Source: an uncultured Gammaproteobacteria bacterium
GTDB taxonomy: Bacteria > Pseudomonadota > Gammaproteobacteria > UBA9214
Assembly: GCA_963773065.1 (NCBI GenBank)
Contig: CAVYZN010000032.1
Span: forward strand, 128,001 to 192,000
Direction: 5' to 3'
Length of the DNA: 64,000 nt
Program-made: the position numbers and the translations under genes
In this document: piece after piece, positions 42,428 to 55,019 of the stretch
How the letters are laid out: every line of letters starts with the position of its first letter
Position numbering within the stretch: the first letter of the stretch is position 1
The notes under the pieces: model-generated
Told to the model about the DNA's origin: nothing
Seen by the model: only the letters and a program-made list of their open reading frames with translations
Database searches by the model: none

Positions 42428-45400
42428 AAGATTTTTCCGCTCTGTTCATCGACCGGCCGATCTTGGCGGCGGTGCTTTCGATCATCATCTTCGCGGTGGG
42501 ACTGATTGCCATACCGCTGTTGCCGATCACGGAATATCCCGACGTCGTGCCGCCATCGGTTCAGGTGCGCGCGGTCTATCCGGGCGCTAATCCGAAGGTG
42601 ATCGCCGAGACGGTCGCCACGCCGCTCGAGGAGGCGATCAACGGCGTCGAGAACATGATCTACATGAAGTCGATCGCCGGCGTCCGACGGCGTGATGCAG
42701 TTGACCGTCACGTTCAAACCGGGCACCGACATCGATCTCGCCCAGGTGCAGGTGCAAAACCGCGTGAGTCAAGCGAGCGCGCGCCTGCCCGAGGACGTGC
42801 GCCGGCTCGGGGTCACCACGGAAAAGCAGTCACCCAATTTGACCATGGTGGTGCATCTGTTGTCGCCGGATCAAACCTACGACGCCTTGTACTTGCGCAA
42901 CTACGCCACCCTGCGCATCAAGGATGAGCTGGCGCGTTTGCCCGGCGTCGGTCAGGCGCATGATCTTCGGCGGCGGCGACTATTCGATGCGCATCTGGCT
43001 GGACCCCAACAAGGTCGCGGCACGCGGCATGACAGCCGGCGATGTCGTCCGAGCCGTCCGCGAGCAGAACGTGCAGGTCTCGGCCGGCACGATCGGCGGG
43101 CCTCCACAGCCGGGCGCCAGCGACTTGACGCTCTCGATCAACGCGCAAGGCCGGCTCGTCACCGAAGAGGAGTTCGCCAACATCATCATCAAGACCGGCG
43201 CAAACGGCGAGGTCACGCGCCTGCGCGACGTTGCGCGTATCGAGCTCGGCGCCGTCGGAATACGCATTGCGCTCATTGCTCGACAATCAGCAGGCCGTCG
43301 CAATCGTCATCTTCCAGGCGCCAGGCTCCAACGCCATCGCCTTGTCGGACAGCGTCCGCGCCAAGATGCAAGAGCTGGATCGCTTTTTCCCCAGCGGGTG
43401 TGACATGGGACGTGGTCTACGACCCGACCGTATTCGTGCGCGACTCCATCAAGGCGGTGGTCACGACGCTACTGGAGGCCGTGCTGCTGGTGGTGCTGGT
43501 GGTCATCCTGTTCCTGCAGACCTGGCGCGCCTCCATCATTCCGCTGCTCGCGGTGCCGGTGTCGATCATCGGCACTTTCGCGGTACTGCTGGCGCTGGGC
43601 TTTTCGATCAACACGCTGACCTTGTTCGGCATGGTGCTCGCCATCGGCATCGTCGTCGATGACGCCATCGTGGTGGTCGAGAACGTGGAGCGTAACATCG
43701 GCAACGGACTCACGCCGAAGGCGGCCGCGCACCAGGCGATGCGCGAGGTGAGCGGACCGATCATCGCCATCGCGTTGGTGCTGTGCGCGGTATTCGTGCC
43801 GATCGCGTTCCTCTCCGGCGTGACGGGTCAGTTTTTCCGCCAGTTCGCGGTGACCATCGCCATTTCGACCGTGATCTCGGCGATCAATTCGCTGACCCTT
43901 TCCCCCGCGCTGGCCGCCGTGCTGCTGCGCGCGCATGGCGCACCGCCGGATCGCTTCACCCGCTTGTTGAATGCGCTGTTCGGCTGGGTGTTCCGGCCGT
44001 TCAATCGTTTCTTTAACGGCGCCGCCCACGCCTATGCGGGCGGTGGGCAGCGGGCGATCCGGCATGCGCCGCTCATGCTCGCACTGTACGCGGTGTTGAT
44101 CGCCTGGCACGATGGTGATGTTCCGTGCCGTACCCGGCGGATTCATTCCGACTCAGGACAAGCTCTATCTTATCGGAGGCCTGAAGCTGCCCGAGGGCGC
44201 CTCGTTGGATCGCACCGAGGCCGTGGTGCGCAAGATGAGCGATATGGCGCTATCGACCGATGGCGTCATCGATGCGGTGGCGTTTCCTGGACTCAATGCG
44301 CTGCAGTTCAGCAATACGCCCAATACGGGCACGATCTTTTTTGGTCTGAAAAGTTTCGATCGGCGGCACCGGCCGGCAACCGAGATCGTCGCAGAGCTCA
44401 ACGGGCAAGTTCTCATCCATACAAGAGGGATTTGCCTTTGCGTTCATGCCGCCGGCGATCCTCGGCATAGGCACCGGCTCGGGTTTCTCGCTGTACGTGC
44501 AGGACCAGGCGGGTCTGGGCTACGGTGAGTTGCAAAATGCCGCGGGCGCGCTGATCGGTGCGCTATCGCAAAGTACCGGGCATGGGTTTCCCGGTCACGT
44601 CCTATCAGGCCAACGTGCCGCAGCTCACCGCTGAAATCGATCGCATCAAGGCCAAGACCCAGGGGATTGCGATCACCGATTTATTCGAATCGTTGCAGGT
44701 CTATCTGGGTTCGGTCTACGTGAACGACTTCAGCCGCTTCGGCCGCACCTACCAGGTCTATGCGCAAGCGGACGCGGCGTTCCGCGATCAGGTCGAGGAC
44801 ATCGGTGTTCTGCGCACCCGCAATCAGGCCGGGGAGATGGTTCCGATCGGCAGTGTCGTAAAGGTCGGTCAGACCTACGGTCCGGATCCGGTGATCCGCT
44901 ACAACGGCTATCCCGCGGCCGATCTGCTGGGAGAGGCGGACCCGCGTGTCATGTCATCCGATCAGGCCATCGCCGCGATTAGCGACATGGCGCCGCGGGT
45001 GCTGCCCGCCGGCATGGGTTACGCGTGGACCGATCTGAGTTTCCAAGAGGTCAATGAGGGTAAGGCCAACCTCGTGGTATACCCGCTCTGCGTGTTGCTG
45101 GTATTCCTGGTGCTGGCGGCGCTTTACGAGAGCTGGACGTTGCCATTGGCCGTGATCCTCATCGTGCCGATGTGCATGCTCTCGGCGCTCTTCGGCGTTT
45201 GGTCCAGCGGCGGCGATAACAACATCTTCGTGCAGATCGGTTTAGTGGTCTTGATGGGGCTCGCGTGCAAGAACGCTATCCTCATCGTCGAGTTCGCCCG
45301 CGAGCTGGAGCATCAGGGCCGCGGACTCATCGAGGCGGCGCTTGAGGCGTGCCGCTTGCGGCTGCGGCCGATCGTGATGACCTCGGTGGCTTTCATCGCC

Positions 45401-45580
45401 GGTGTGGTGCCGCTCGTGCTATCGAGCGGTGCGGGCGCCGAGGTACGGCAGGTGATGGGGATCACCGTGTTCTCGGGCATGATAGGCGTGACCCTGTTCG
45501 GCCTGTTCCTGACGCCCGTGTTCTACGTAAGGATACGCGCGTTGTTTTCGCGACGCCCTGCATCCGTACCGGCCGTATGA
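42424..45580 (+). CDS. RND efflux transporter, MexF/HAE1-like (frameshifts)
   Basis: FIDRPILAAVLS, GMVLAIGIVVDDAIVVVENVER, KNAILIVEFA, RLRPIVMTS. Confidence 0.92.
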
Positions 45581-45699
45581 CACTGGACCACACGATCCTG
45601 CGCATTAGCGATCCGCTCGAATCCGAGCGCTTTTATCGGCAAATCCCGAGATTCGAACACGAAGGCCGAGTGGGACTCTTCGTTATTAGGCTCAAGTGA
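45577..45699 (+). pseudogene. Truncated VOC/glyoxalase-family fragment
   Basis: MTLDHTILRISDPLESERFY N-terminal motif only. Confidence 0.5.
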
Positions 45700-45808
45700 C
45701 AATGGCTGAGACATTACATTTCATAGAGCGTGCCTGCATCTGCGCCGGTGAGTCAAAGGAACAGGCGGCCCGGGACGAACCGAAGGCACGACGGCAGGTC
45801 GAACCCGC

Positions 45809-47612
45809 ATGAAGCGTAGTTATCAATCTCCGCTAGTGTTACCCAATCCGGCGCGCCGGCGGTTCCTTCAAGGGCTGGCCGCCGGGGGTGTCATGCTGGG
45901 CCTGTCGCCCTGGCTCGGTTCGGCCCGGGCACGGGAAGCGGCCGGCACGGTCACCGGAGTCGTCCCGGTGCTAGGCGGCACGGAGTTCGACCTCAGCATT
46001 GCGGAAACACCGGTCAATTTCACCGGTACGCCGCGCCTCGCCACGACCATCAACGGCTCCCTGCCGGGTCCCATCCTGCGCTGGCGCGAGGGCGATACGG
46101 TGACGCTGCGGGTCACCAACCGGCTCGCCGAGGACACCTCCATCCACTGGCACGGCATCCTGCTGCCGTTTCGAGATGGACGGCGTGCCGGGCATCAGCT
46201 TCACCGGCATCGCCCCGGGCGAGACCTTCGTCTATCGCTTCAAGGTGCGGCAGTCGGGCACCTACTGGTACCACTCGCATTCGGGTATGCAGGAGCAGAC
46301 CGGCATGTTTGGCGCCATCATCATCGATCCCGCGAAGGGTGATTCGATCCGCGCCGACCGTGATTATGTCGTCCAGTTGTCCGACTGGACCGATGAAGAC
46401 CCGATGACGGTCTTGGGCAAGCTCAAGAAGCAGAGCGATTACTATAACTTCAACGAGCCGACGGCGGTCGATTTCTTTCGCGATGCAGCCAACCTGGGTC
46501 TCGGCGCGGCGCTCGACAAGCGGCGCATGTGGAACCAGATGCGCATGAGCCCGGCCGATCTGGCCGACGTTTCCGGCTATACCTACACCTATCTCATGAA
46601 CGGCGCCACGCCCGCGGGCAACTGGACGGGGCTGTTCCGCCGCGGCGAACGGGTGCGGCTGCGCTTCATCAACTCCGGCGCGATGACGTTCTTCGACGTG
46701 CGTATCCCCGGGCTCAAGATGACGGTGGTTCAGGCCGACGGCCAGGACGTCGAGCCGGTCACGGTGGACGAGATCCGCATCGGCGTGGCCGAGACCTATG
46801 ACGTGATCGTCGAGCCCCAGGATGACCGGGCTTATACCATTTTCGCGCAATCCATGGACCGCACCGGCTTTGCGCGCGGCACGCTCGCGCCGCGCGCCGG
46901 CATGGCGGCCGAAGTCCCGGCACTGGATGCGCCCGAGCGGCTCACCATGGCGGACATGATGGGCGCGCATGCCGCACGGCGACATGGCCGGCATGGAACA
47001 TGGGTGGAATGGACATGGCGGATGGACATGAGCGGCATGGATCACGGCAGCATGCCATGCACGAGGGCATGGCCATGGGCGCCGCCCCGGTGCGCGCGCG
47101 CCACGCCAAAACCGAATACGGTCCCAGCGTCGACATGCGCGTCGACTACCCCCGGACCAATCTGGACGACCCCGGCATCGGCCTGCGCGACAACGGCCGG
47201 CGGGTGCTGACCTATGCCGATCTGCACACCCTCGGCGGGCCGCTCGATGCCCGCGACGCCGGAGCGGGAGATCGAGCTGCATCTGACCGGCAACATGGAA
47301 CGCTACAGTTGGTCGATCGACGGGCTGGAGTTCGGCAGATCCACGCCCGTGCATTTCCGCCCCAACGAGCGCCTGCGCGTGATTCTGCACAACGACACCA
47401 TGATGACCCATCCCATGCACCTGCACGGCATGTGGCAGGAGCTGGAAAGCCCGGACGGGCGCTTCCAGGTGCGCAAGCACACCCTCAACGTGCAGCCGGC
47501 GCAGCGCGTGAGCTTCCTCGTCACCGCCGATGCGCTCGGCCGCTGGGCCTGGCACTGCCACCTGCTCTATCACATGGATGCGGGCATGTTCCGTCAGGTG
47601 GTCGTGGCGTGA
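45809..47612 (+). CDS. copA: Copper resistance multicopper oxidase (frameshifts)
   Basis: Tat signal RRRFLQG; IHWHG, YWYHSH, HPMHLHG and WHCHLLYHM motifs; Met/His-rich linker. Confidence 0.93.
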
Positions 47613-48584
47613 ACGCGGCGCAAGCCGGCCAGCGGATGGAAGTCGCGGCGAAATACAAGCGAATCGCGCGGATCGCCCCGGTGGTTCTGGTCGTTGCGGC
47701 CGGCTGGCCTGTGCCGCCGGCGTGGGCGCAGGACCAGCCGACGACAGACCCGCATGCGGAACACCAGATGATGTCGTCTCCCGCTACGCCACCGAACCCG
47801 GACGGCGATGCAGCCGGGACAGCCGGAGCGACAAGCGAGGCGGGGATGGACATGGGCTCGATGCAGGGTGGTTCCGCCCCGCCCGACGCGCGCGATCCCC
47901 ATGCCTATAGCGACGGCTACGATTTCGGCCCCTACCCGTTGCACATGGCGGATACGCACAGTCTCGCGTCATTACTGGTGGACCGGTTCGAGGCCGTGCG
48001 CGGCGACGACAACAGCTTCGCGGCGTACGACCTGCAGGCCTGGTACGGGCGCACCTACGACCGCGCCGTGCTGAAATCCGAAGGCGATGTCGACGGCGGT
48101 GAAATCAAGGAGGCGCGCAGCGAGCTGCTCTGGGGGCACGCCGTCGCGGCCTACTGGGATACCCAGCTCGGCGCTGCGCCATGACAGTGGCGAAGGGCCG
48201 AACCGGGACTGGCTGGCGTTTGGCGTACAGGGACTGGCGCCCTACTGGTTCGAGGTGGAGCTTACCGGTTACCTCGGAGAGGGGGGACGCACGGCGCTGC
48301 GGCTTGATACGGAGTATGAATTGCTGTTCACCCAGAAACTGATCCTGCAGCCGCGCATCGAGGCGAATGCCTACGGCAAGGACGACGCCGGGCGCGGGCT
48401 GGGCAGCGGCTTGTCCGACCTCACCGCGGGCGTGCGCCTGCGCTACGAGATCCGGCGCGAGTTTGCCCCTTACGTTGGTGTCGAGTGGGGGCGCAGGTTC
48501 GGTGAAACGGGAGACCTGGCGCGGGCCGCGGGCGAAGATGCGAGTGAGACGGCGTTCGTCGCCGGGCTGCGGTTCTGGTTTTAA
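47609..48584 (+). CDS. copB: Copper resistance protein B (frameshift near 48175)
   Basis: QGLAPYWFE, LLFTQKLILQP, RLRYEIRREFAPYVGV, GLRFWF. Confidence 0.92.
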
Positions 48585-49102
48585 GTGATCCAGATGGAGA
48601 GACTGATATGAAAACGATGATTTCGGCTCTGATGCTGGGTGTCTTGCCCGCGGTGGCGAGCGCCATCATCAAGAACGCGTCGTTTTTCTACAGCCATCGC
48701 ATGATGCGCCGCCACGCGAGCGACGCCTATGTGCGTTGACCGGCAACGAGGAGGTAGCGATCATGCCCACCCATACGCTGAATCGGTGACGTATGCGGGA
48801 TAGCCCACCGCGTTGCATTCGCACCAGCGGATCAACCGCTGGCCGCAGTACCCCCCTTACGGTTTGACTTCGACACTCACATGGTAAGGGGAAAACGGTT
48901 TCACCGATCTTCTCTCGTGAAATATCCGGACTATACTTAGCGATGCCATGAGGGCATCACATTGCGCGCCAACATGGTGCAGCAAACCATGCAGTACCAG
49001 AGACAACAGTGACCGAATTGCTACGCAAGACTCAGCGGGTAGGCGGGCATCGCCTATACCATTGACACGGTTACCACCTCATAAATCACCAAGGAGACTC
49101 TC

Positions 49103-49393
49103 ATGAAGAAAACACTGATCGCAATGGCGCTGGCTTGCTTGGTTGGGTCGTTGACGGCGGTTCATGCCACCGAGCCGCCGGCAGAGCAGTTGAAACTCAA
49201 GGACGGTTCGACGTTGTACCTCCATCCGGATGGCACCGGGCGGATGGTGGACGCGCACGGCAAGCCGATGAGCATGGCCGATGGCGAGGAAATGGAACTC
49301 AAGGATGGCCGGATGATGATGATGAAGAACAAGAAAGTGTGGGTCACATATGGTCCACCGGGGAAAGGGAAAACCACCCTGAAACCCTACTGA
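49103..49393 (+). CDS. copK: Periplasmic Cu-binding protein, CopK family
   Basis: Signal peptide; LKDGSTLY..DG..M.D..GK..M..G..MELKDG..MM.N..W; AAGGAG RBS. Confidence 0.8.
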   Translation: MKKTLIAMALACLVGSLTAVHATEPPAEQLKLKDGSTLYLHPDGTGRMVDAHGKPMSMADGEEMELKDGRMMMMKNKKVWVTYGPPGKGKTTLKPY

Positions 49394-49939
49394 TGCCTCA
49401 GCCGGATGTAGCGTAGGGTTAGCGTTTTTCGCGTAACCCACCAAGCGTTGCGCAGCAACACAACGCATATTTTAGTGAATGCCTGGCGGCACGGCGGGTG
49501 GGCTTACTGGCGACCAACGGCGTGCCTAACCCACCCTCACATCGATTATGAAACCGCTTAAGGATCATCCGAAGAAGTGTCGAACATGTTCTGGTGATGT
49601 CTGGTATCGAGTCTCCGGAGGTGAACTGTGATCACTTCCATTATCCTTGGCACGCCGAAATCCCGTTGTTACTCAGCATACGATTTCCTGTGAAGCAAGT
49701 GTCATTGATAGCGACATCCGCCTTTCGCGGCTCCTTTTTCAGTACAGCGGAAGTCGATGGAGCGGCGCATCCGATTGCCCTCGATAATCACTACGGGCGA
49801 AAAGAACTTGGTGGCCGAATTTCCCGACGCAAAATGGGTTGGCCTGGGTGGGGAACAGATTTCCGTGATCACTATGCTAAGGCTCCCGGAGAAGCACTAT
49901 GAGAATCGGGAAGTTCTCTACCTCACATAGCAAGTTCAA

Positions 49940-50005
49940 TGAAGGCAGATACGGGGAAACCACAAGGTATTTACCATCGAATACCACTTCGTGTGGATTC
50001 GGAGC
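49940..50005 (+). pseudogene. N-terminal scrap of an IS200/IS605 TnpA
   Basis: Manual translation RGNHKVFTIEYHFVWI resembles the H...YH.VW start of Y1 transposases. Confidence 0.4.
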
Positions 50006-50483
50006 ATCATTTTGAGCCGAATCCCAATGATAATTTTCAGATGGAGCCTGATTAAGACGCGTCGTTCAGTCGACGCGTATCCGGACGTTCAGTTCATAGC
50101 CTTAACCCACCGGTTCTCAGCCTGGTAATTGTTGACTCATGGTTCGTAACACGGCGACCGCAAGGAAGCCGCCCCAGGGAATGCGGTGAGGCACGGCATA
50201 TTCCGTCAATCGCGATACCCGGTTCCCGCCCGGCAGGAAAATGCCATAGCGCGTTTTCATATGCGTGACCGGCGCGCGCAGGGATGTTACGTCGCCACTG
50301 CGCGCGCCGAAGGAGCGCAGCGCTCGGTACACCGTTGAGTCTCTGTCGATCATACCGAAAGTCTACCCGATGTTGAGCCTCTGTCGATCACCCCGAAAAC
50401 ATAGCCCGGATATTTCGTCACGACGCCGGGACGTGTGCTGAAAGGCGTGAAACACGAGCACGGCTTCCGATGATCTGCGATGG

Positions 50484-51122
50484 TTAAGTAACCAACGGGC
50501 ATTTCCCGGATTCCAGGCGCAGCTCACATTCCCCGTAGAGCACCGGGTCCTCCGTGAGGGACGGCGGTATCCGCCGGTCTGCATAGACATCCGAGAAATA
50601 AAACTCGCCACCGGCTTTGAGCAAGCGATAAACCTGCTGTAGCACCGCGCGTTTGTCCGGCACAAGATTGATGACGCAGTTGGAGACGACCAGATCGAAG
50701 GTTCCGGCCTCGAGACCGGATTCCTCCAGGTGTTCTACCGTGCCATCGATAAAGTCCACATTGGGCCGATCGTATCCGAATCGGCTGGTGTGGTACGCCA
50801 CATGGCGGCGGGCGAAGTTTATCTGTTCGGGTGTCATGTCAATCCCGACGACGAACCCCTGTCTTCCCACCAGCTTCGACAGCAGAAAGGTATCGCGACC
50901 GCTGCCGCAGCCAAGGTCCAGTACCCGCAATCCTTCCAGTCCTTCAGACACCACCAGACCGCAACCGTAGTAGCGGGCCTGAACCTCCTCGTGGATCTGC
51001 TCCAATACGGCCTTGACATGGGTCGGCATGGCCGTGGTGGTGCAGCAGGCATTGGTCTTGAGGTCGGCCGTGCTCTGCAGCACCTGGCCATAGTAGTGTT
51101 TAACCATCTCATGTTGCTTCAT
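50484..51122 (-). pseudogene. ArsM-like SAM methyltransferase, C-terminally truncated
   Basis: DLKTNACCT, YYGCG, VLDLGCGSGRD, VVSNCVINL; similarity ends at PVLYGEC. Confidence 0.8.
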
Positions 51123-51248
51123 GGGTTTTTCCTGAGGTTTCGAATGGCAATTATCTTACTGAAGAGCCAAGGCTTGGATATCAACCTGGAAACACGCGAT
51201 CCGATTCATGGCCTGTGCTTCGGGGCGAGCAGCATTTTTTACGTAGGG

Positions 51249-52510
51249 TCATTGAGCGAGGACTTCTAGGCAGGGTTCGCTGTTCACGTAACCAATCCGC
51301 TGGCGGCGTGTTTCATCGAGCAGGTGGTAGCGCACCACCGCTTCCACCGCCGCGGGCCGCTGCCCGTCATGCATCGGGAAGGTGAATTGATAGCTACGGG
51401 ATTGCCAGCGCGGCAACCGGGTATCCCACAGATCGACGATGAACGGCCGCCACATCACGGTCCGCCTCAAGGTATGGTTCTGCTCATCGATGAGTTCTTC
51501 CCGGCTGTTCAGCAAGCGCAACTGGACGGTGAGATGGCGATCGGGTGTCCCGGTCGGGAGGTAATGCGCCGCACCGACATTCGTCAGCGTCACGGCGAAG
51601 GTTCGAGTGTCGGAAGCGGCGGAGGAAATTTCCGCGAAGCGCACTTCCAGCCCCTTTTTCACCATCTCCGGATCGTGTCCGCCCCGCCACAGGTGGCGCC
51701 GGACCGGGCGCGCCTTGCCGCCTTTGACCAGTGGCCGCTCAACGAGCGGCATGTGGCACTGCACGCAGCCGAGCGATCCCGTAGCCGGTCGGTTGATCAC
51801 CAGTCTTCTCGTCCGGCGGTATGGCGGGAACGGGTGCCGTCGATCCCACGTGATTCGCAGCGCTGCATGATCCTCAACGGTCAACCTGCCGGAAGTGGAT
51901 GGCCTGAATTTCCGCGACCGTGCCACAGGGCGGAAAGCGGAAGAAGCGTGTCCCACCGTTCGCCTGTCGACCACATGGCAGCGCACACAGACCTGTGTTT
52001 GGATCATCGAGTTTACTGTACCGGGTGCGGGTGCATCGGTGATCGCCGAAGCACGCCCACGATCCTGCCCTCACGCAGATGACAGGCCGTACAGGTCACA
52101 CCCTCGTGCTGCAGCGGGGGATCGAAGCCGGGATTGGGCGCCAGGATCGGGTCCCATTTGTCCTTGTCCCGGAACCCGAGGATCGTATGCTCCTGCTGGC
52201 GGTCCAGCGGGATATGACAGTTCTTGCAGATTTGTTGCGAGCGGTCGAAGGCCCAGTCCGACTGGAAATAGGGATCGGTCCAGGCCTGGCTGTGCATCGT
52301 GGTGCGCCATTCCTCGTAAATGTCGCGATGACAGCCCGCGCATTCAGCGGCGCGGAGTGTCCGGAATTGCGCCGGTGCATCGGTGGTGGAGACCGGGCGT
52401 TCGAAGGCATCCGACACGACGAAAATATTCAGCGGCCGGAGGAAGCGCCAGCCGAGAAATCCAGCCAGCGCCGAGGCCAGCAGCAGAATACCCTTGGTGC
52501 GCCGCTTCAT
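51249..52510 (-). CDS. Multiheme c-type cytochrome (5 CxxCH; frameshifts near 51900-52050)
   Basis: CAGCH, CKNCH, CTACH, CVRCH, CVQCH; N-terminal anchor; AHYLPTG motif. Confidence 0.8.
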
Positions 52511-52534
52511 CTGCCGGGGCTGGTTTGTTCGTGT

Positions 52535-52888
52535 TCAGAACACCATGACGTGATCGCTGTCCTTCACCCAGTTCGCCAGCGCCTTCATGGAACCGCGCTC
52601 GATTCCCGGCAGCATGGCCGACTCGTCGATGCCGCAACCATCCAGCGCCATGCCACAGGCCCTCACTTCCAGACCGCAGTCGATGAGTTCGGCGAGCAAC
52701 GCTTCCAGGTTGGCCGCGCCCTCCGGTACCTGCTGCCCCCGGTAGCCCACTTGAACGCCATCGTCCAGCAGGTGAACGCGGACCCGCAGATCCTCCGCCA
52801 GCGCCGCACCGGCAAACCGCAGCGCGTGCCACGCCTTGTTATTTTCCTTGTAGGGTGCGTTCTGAATCACGATGGTGACGGTGGTCAT
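52535..52888 (-). CDS. DsrE/DsrF-like sulfur-relay protein
   Basis: APY....ALRFA...V.L..DGV...ACG..LD.CGI pattern; AGGAGG RBS. Confidence 0.8.
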   Translation of the reverse strand: MTTVTIVIQNAPYKENNKAWHALRFAGAALAEDLRVRVHLLDDGVQVGYRGQQVPEGAANLEALLAELIDCGLEVRACGMALDGCGIDESAMLPGIERGSMKALANWVKDSDHVMVF

Positions 52889-53024
52889 GGCAAGCCTCCT
52901 TACACTACGAAGTACAACATCCGTCATGCCTCCTGCCCTTGGCCCATTAGATAATGTTCATCCATAAACACCGTTTTCACCGCAAAGACGCAAAGTTCGC
53001 GAAGAAACTTATTGACAAAAATAA

Positions 53025-54050
53025 TTAAATGGCTTTGCGCCTTTGCGGTGAGTTTGTTTCTTTATGGAGGCGTGGCCTGGCATAGCGCTTCACCGGCAGG
53101 CCGGCCTCGTTCCACTTCGTCATGCCGCCGCGCACCACATGCACGTCGGCGAAACCCTCCTCCGTCAGCAGCAACGCGGCCTTTGCCGACATCCTGTCCG
53201 TTCGGCAAACGATGGCCACGGGACGTTCCAGGTAATCGCCCAGTTCAGCCATGCGCCGCTGCAGGTCCTCCAGCGGGATGTTTACCGCTCCGTCGATGTG
53301 TCCCTGTTCGCCGGTAAAGGCTTCGGCGGGGCGCACATCGAGCACCAGCAGGCCGTTGCCGGCATCGAGCCGTCGCTTGAAATCCTCAAACTCGATCATG
53401 GCACCGCGGCGCAGCTTGCCGATGAGGCGCGGCAGGAAGGCCACGACCGCGAGCAGCGCCAGCGCCAGCAGCGCCTTCTGGATCATCCCTTCGCCGCCGG
53501 CGACCGCCTCGCGGCCCGCGTAACCCAGATAGGTATAGGCGATGGCGCCGGGCAGCATGAAGACATAGGTGGCGATGAGGTAGTGGCTGAACTTCAGGCG
53601 CGTCAGGCCGAGCGCGTAATTCAGCAGGTTGAACGGGAACAGCGGCACCAGCCGCACGAAGGCGACGAAGCGCCAGCCCTCATTCTCGACGCCGTTGATG
53701 AGCTGCTTCACGCGCCCGCCCGCCTTCCGCGCGACCCAGTCCGAGGCGAGGTAGCGTGCGATCAGAAACGCCAGGGTGGCGCCGAGGGTGGCCCCGGTCA
53801 GGTTATAAAAGGTACCCAGCACCGGGCCGAACAGGGCGCCGCCGGCCAGGGTGAGGACCGATCCCGGCAGAAACAGCACGGCGGCGAGCGCATAGATCAG
53901 CATGAAGAGCAGCGGCGCAACCGCCCCGGCCTCATGAATCCAGGTCTGCAGCGCCGCCGCGTCAAAGCGGTCGCGGTAGAGCACCGCCAGCGCCACGCCC
54001 GCCACGAGACCGAGGAGCAGCACAATACGCATGAGGCGGTTATTGTTCAC
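53025..54050 (-). CDS. TVP38/DedA membrane protein fused to a rhodanese domain
   Basis: LAGGALFG, RLVPLFPFNLLNYALG; LDVR...GHIDGAVNIP...CRTDRMS. Confidence 0.88.
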   Translation of the reverse strand: MNNNRLMRIVLLLGLVAGVALAVLYRDRFDAAALQTWIHEAGAVAPLLFMLIYALAAVLFLPGSVLTLAGGALFGPVLGTFYNLTGATLGATLAFLIARYLASDWVARKAGGRVKQLINGVENEGWRFVAFVRLVPLFPFNLLNYALGLTRLKFSHYLIATYVFMLPGAIAYTYLGYAGREAVAGGEGMIQKALLALALLAVVAFLPRLIGKLRRGAMIEFEDFKRRLDAGNGLLVLDVRPAEAFTGEQGHIDGAVNIPLEDLQRRMAELGDYLERPVAIVCRTDRMSAKAALLLTEEGFADVHVVRGGMTKWNEAGLPVKRYARPRLHKETNSPQRRKAI

Positions 54051-54903
54051 GCGCCTTCTCCCATTGACGCCGGTTGATGGCATAGTCCTGCACCTTGCCG
54101 ACGAAGGGAATCGAGAGCATGCCGGGCAGCCAGCTGCACCACTTGTCCGCGCGGAAGGTGCGTATGCCGATGGTCATGGTCTCGTGGCCGGCGCGCGGTT
54201 GCGCGCGGTAGGTCCCGAACAGGCGGTCCCACCACGGCAGATTGAAGCCGAAGTTGCTGTTGGTCTCGTCGTCCTCGACGGAGTGATGCACGCGGTGCAT
54301 GTCCGGCGTCACCACGATGAGGCGCAGCAGCCGGTCGAGCGCCGGCGGCAGCCGCACATTGCCGTGATTGAACATGGCCGTGGCATTGAGCAGCACCTCG
54401 AACAACACCACCGCGACCAGCGGCGGACCCAGCAGCAGGATCACCGCGAACTTGATCAGCATCGAGAGCAGAATCTCCAAGGTGTGAAAGCGCGCGCCGG
54501 TGGTGACGTCGAAGTCGAGGTCGGCATGATGCACCCGGTGCAGCCGCCACAGCACCGGTATGGCATGCACCATCACATGCTGGAGCCAGATGAAGAAGTC
54601 GAATGCCATGACCGAGGCCACTACCGCAACCCAGTAGGGCGCCTCGATAACATTGAACAGACCCCAGCCCCGCTCACCGGCCTGCAGCGCCATGCCCACG
54701 GCGGCGGCCGGGAAGGCGAGGCGCACGATGAAACTGTTCAGGAACACCAGGCCGAGATTGTTGGCCCAGCGCACGGCCTTGGAGGTCCGCGGGCGGCGGC
54801 GCGGGGTCATGATCTCCCACAGCGCCATGACGGCGAAGACGCCGAAGAAAAACCCCAGCCGGATCGGCAGCTCGTTGGTCAAGACAAACTCATTGAAACC
54901 CAT
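54040..54903 (-). CDS. Sterol desaturase / fatty acid hydroxylase family protein
   Basis: His boxes HVMVH, HRVHH, FNHGN, HRVHHS. Confidence 0.88.
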   Translation of the reverse strand: MGFNEFVLTNELPIRLGFFFGVFAVMALWEIMTPRRRPRTSKAVRWANNLGLVFLNSFIVRLAFPAAAVGMALQAGERGWGLFNVIEAPYWVAVVASVMAFDFFIWLQHVMVHAIPVLWRLHRVHHADLDFDVTTGARFHTLEILLSMLIKFAVILLLGPPLVAVVLFEVLLNATAMFNHGNVRLPPALDRLLRLIVVTPDMHRVHHSVEDDETNSNFGFNLPWWDRLFGTYRAQPRAGHETMTIGIRTFRADKWCSWLPGMLSIPFVGKVQDYAINRRQWEKAREQ

Positions 54904-54975
54904 CGGTACGTTTCCTCCGCCACGGTGCAATTGCCTGCCCCCGGGCAACTGTTATAATGAATCGTGTTAACAACT

Positions 54976-54997
54976 AATCAATCGAATAGTTGAATAG
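54976..54997. promoter_or_regulatory. Putative ArsR-family operator in the divergent promoter
   Basis: Imperfect palindrome ATCAATCGAATAGTTGAAT immediately upstream of the ArsR gene. Confidence 0.45.
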
Positions 54998-55019
54998 TAG
55001 ATTAGCCGTTCGAGGTAGG

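Noticed and set aside
50334-50400. CRISPR mini-array
   Set aside because: Only two repeats, an 11-bp spacer, and no cas genes in the window.
51760-52050. Foreign insertion splitting the multiheme cytochrome
   Set aside because: Alternative frames give continuous plausible sequence (CVRCH, FFRFPPCGTVAEI), so frameshifts explain it.
52978-53052. Novel structured RNA (CACCGCAAAGACGCAAAG...CTTTGCGCCTTTGCGGTG)
   Set aside because: Looks like an ordinary REP-type inverted repeat; partial relatives near 31200 and 28775.
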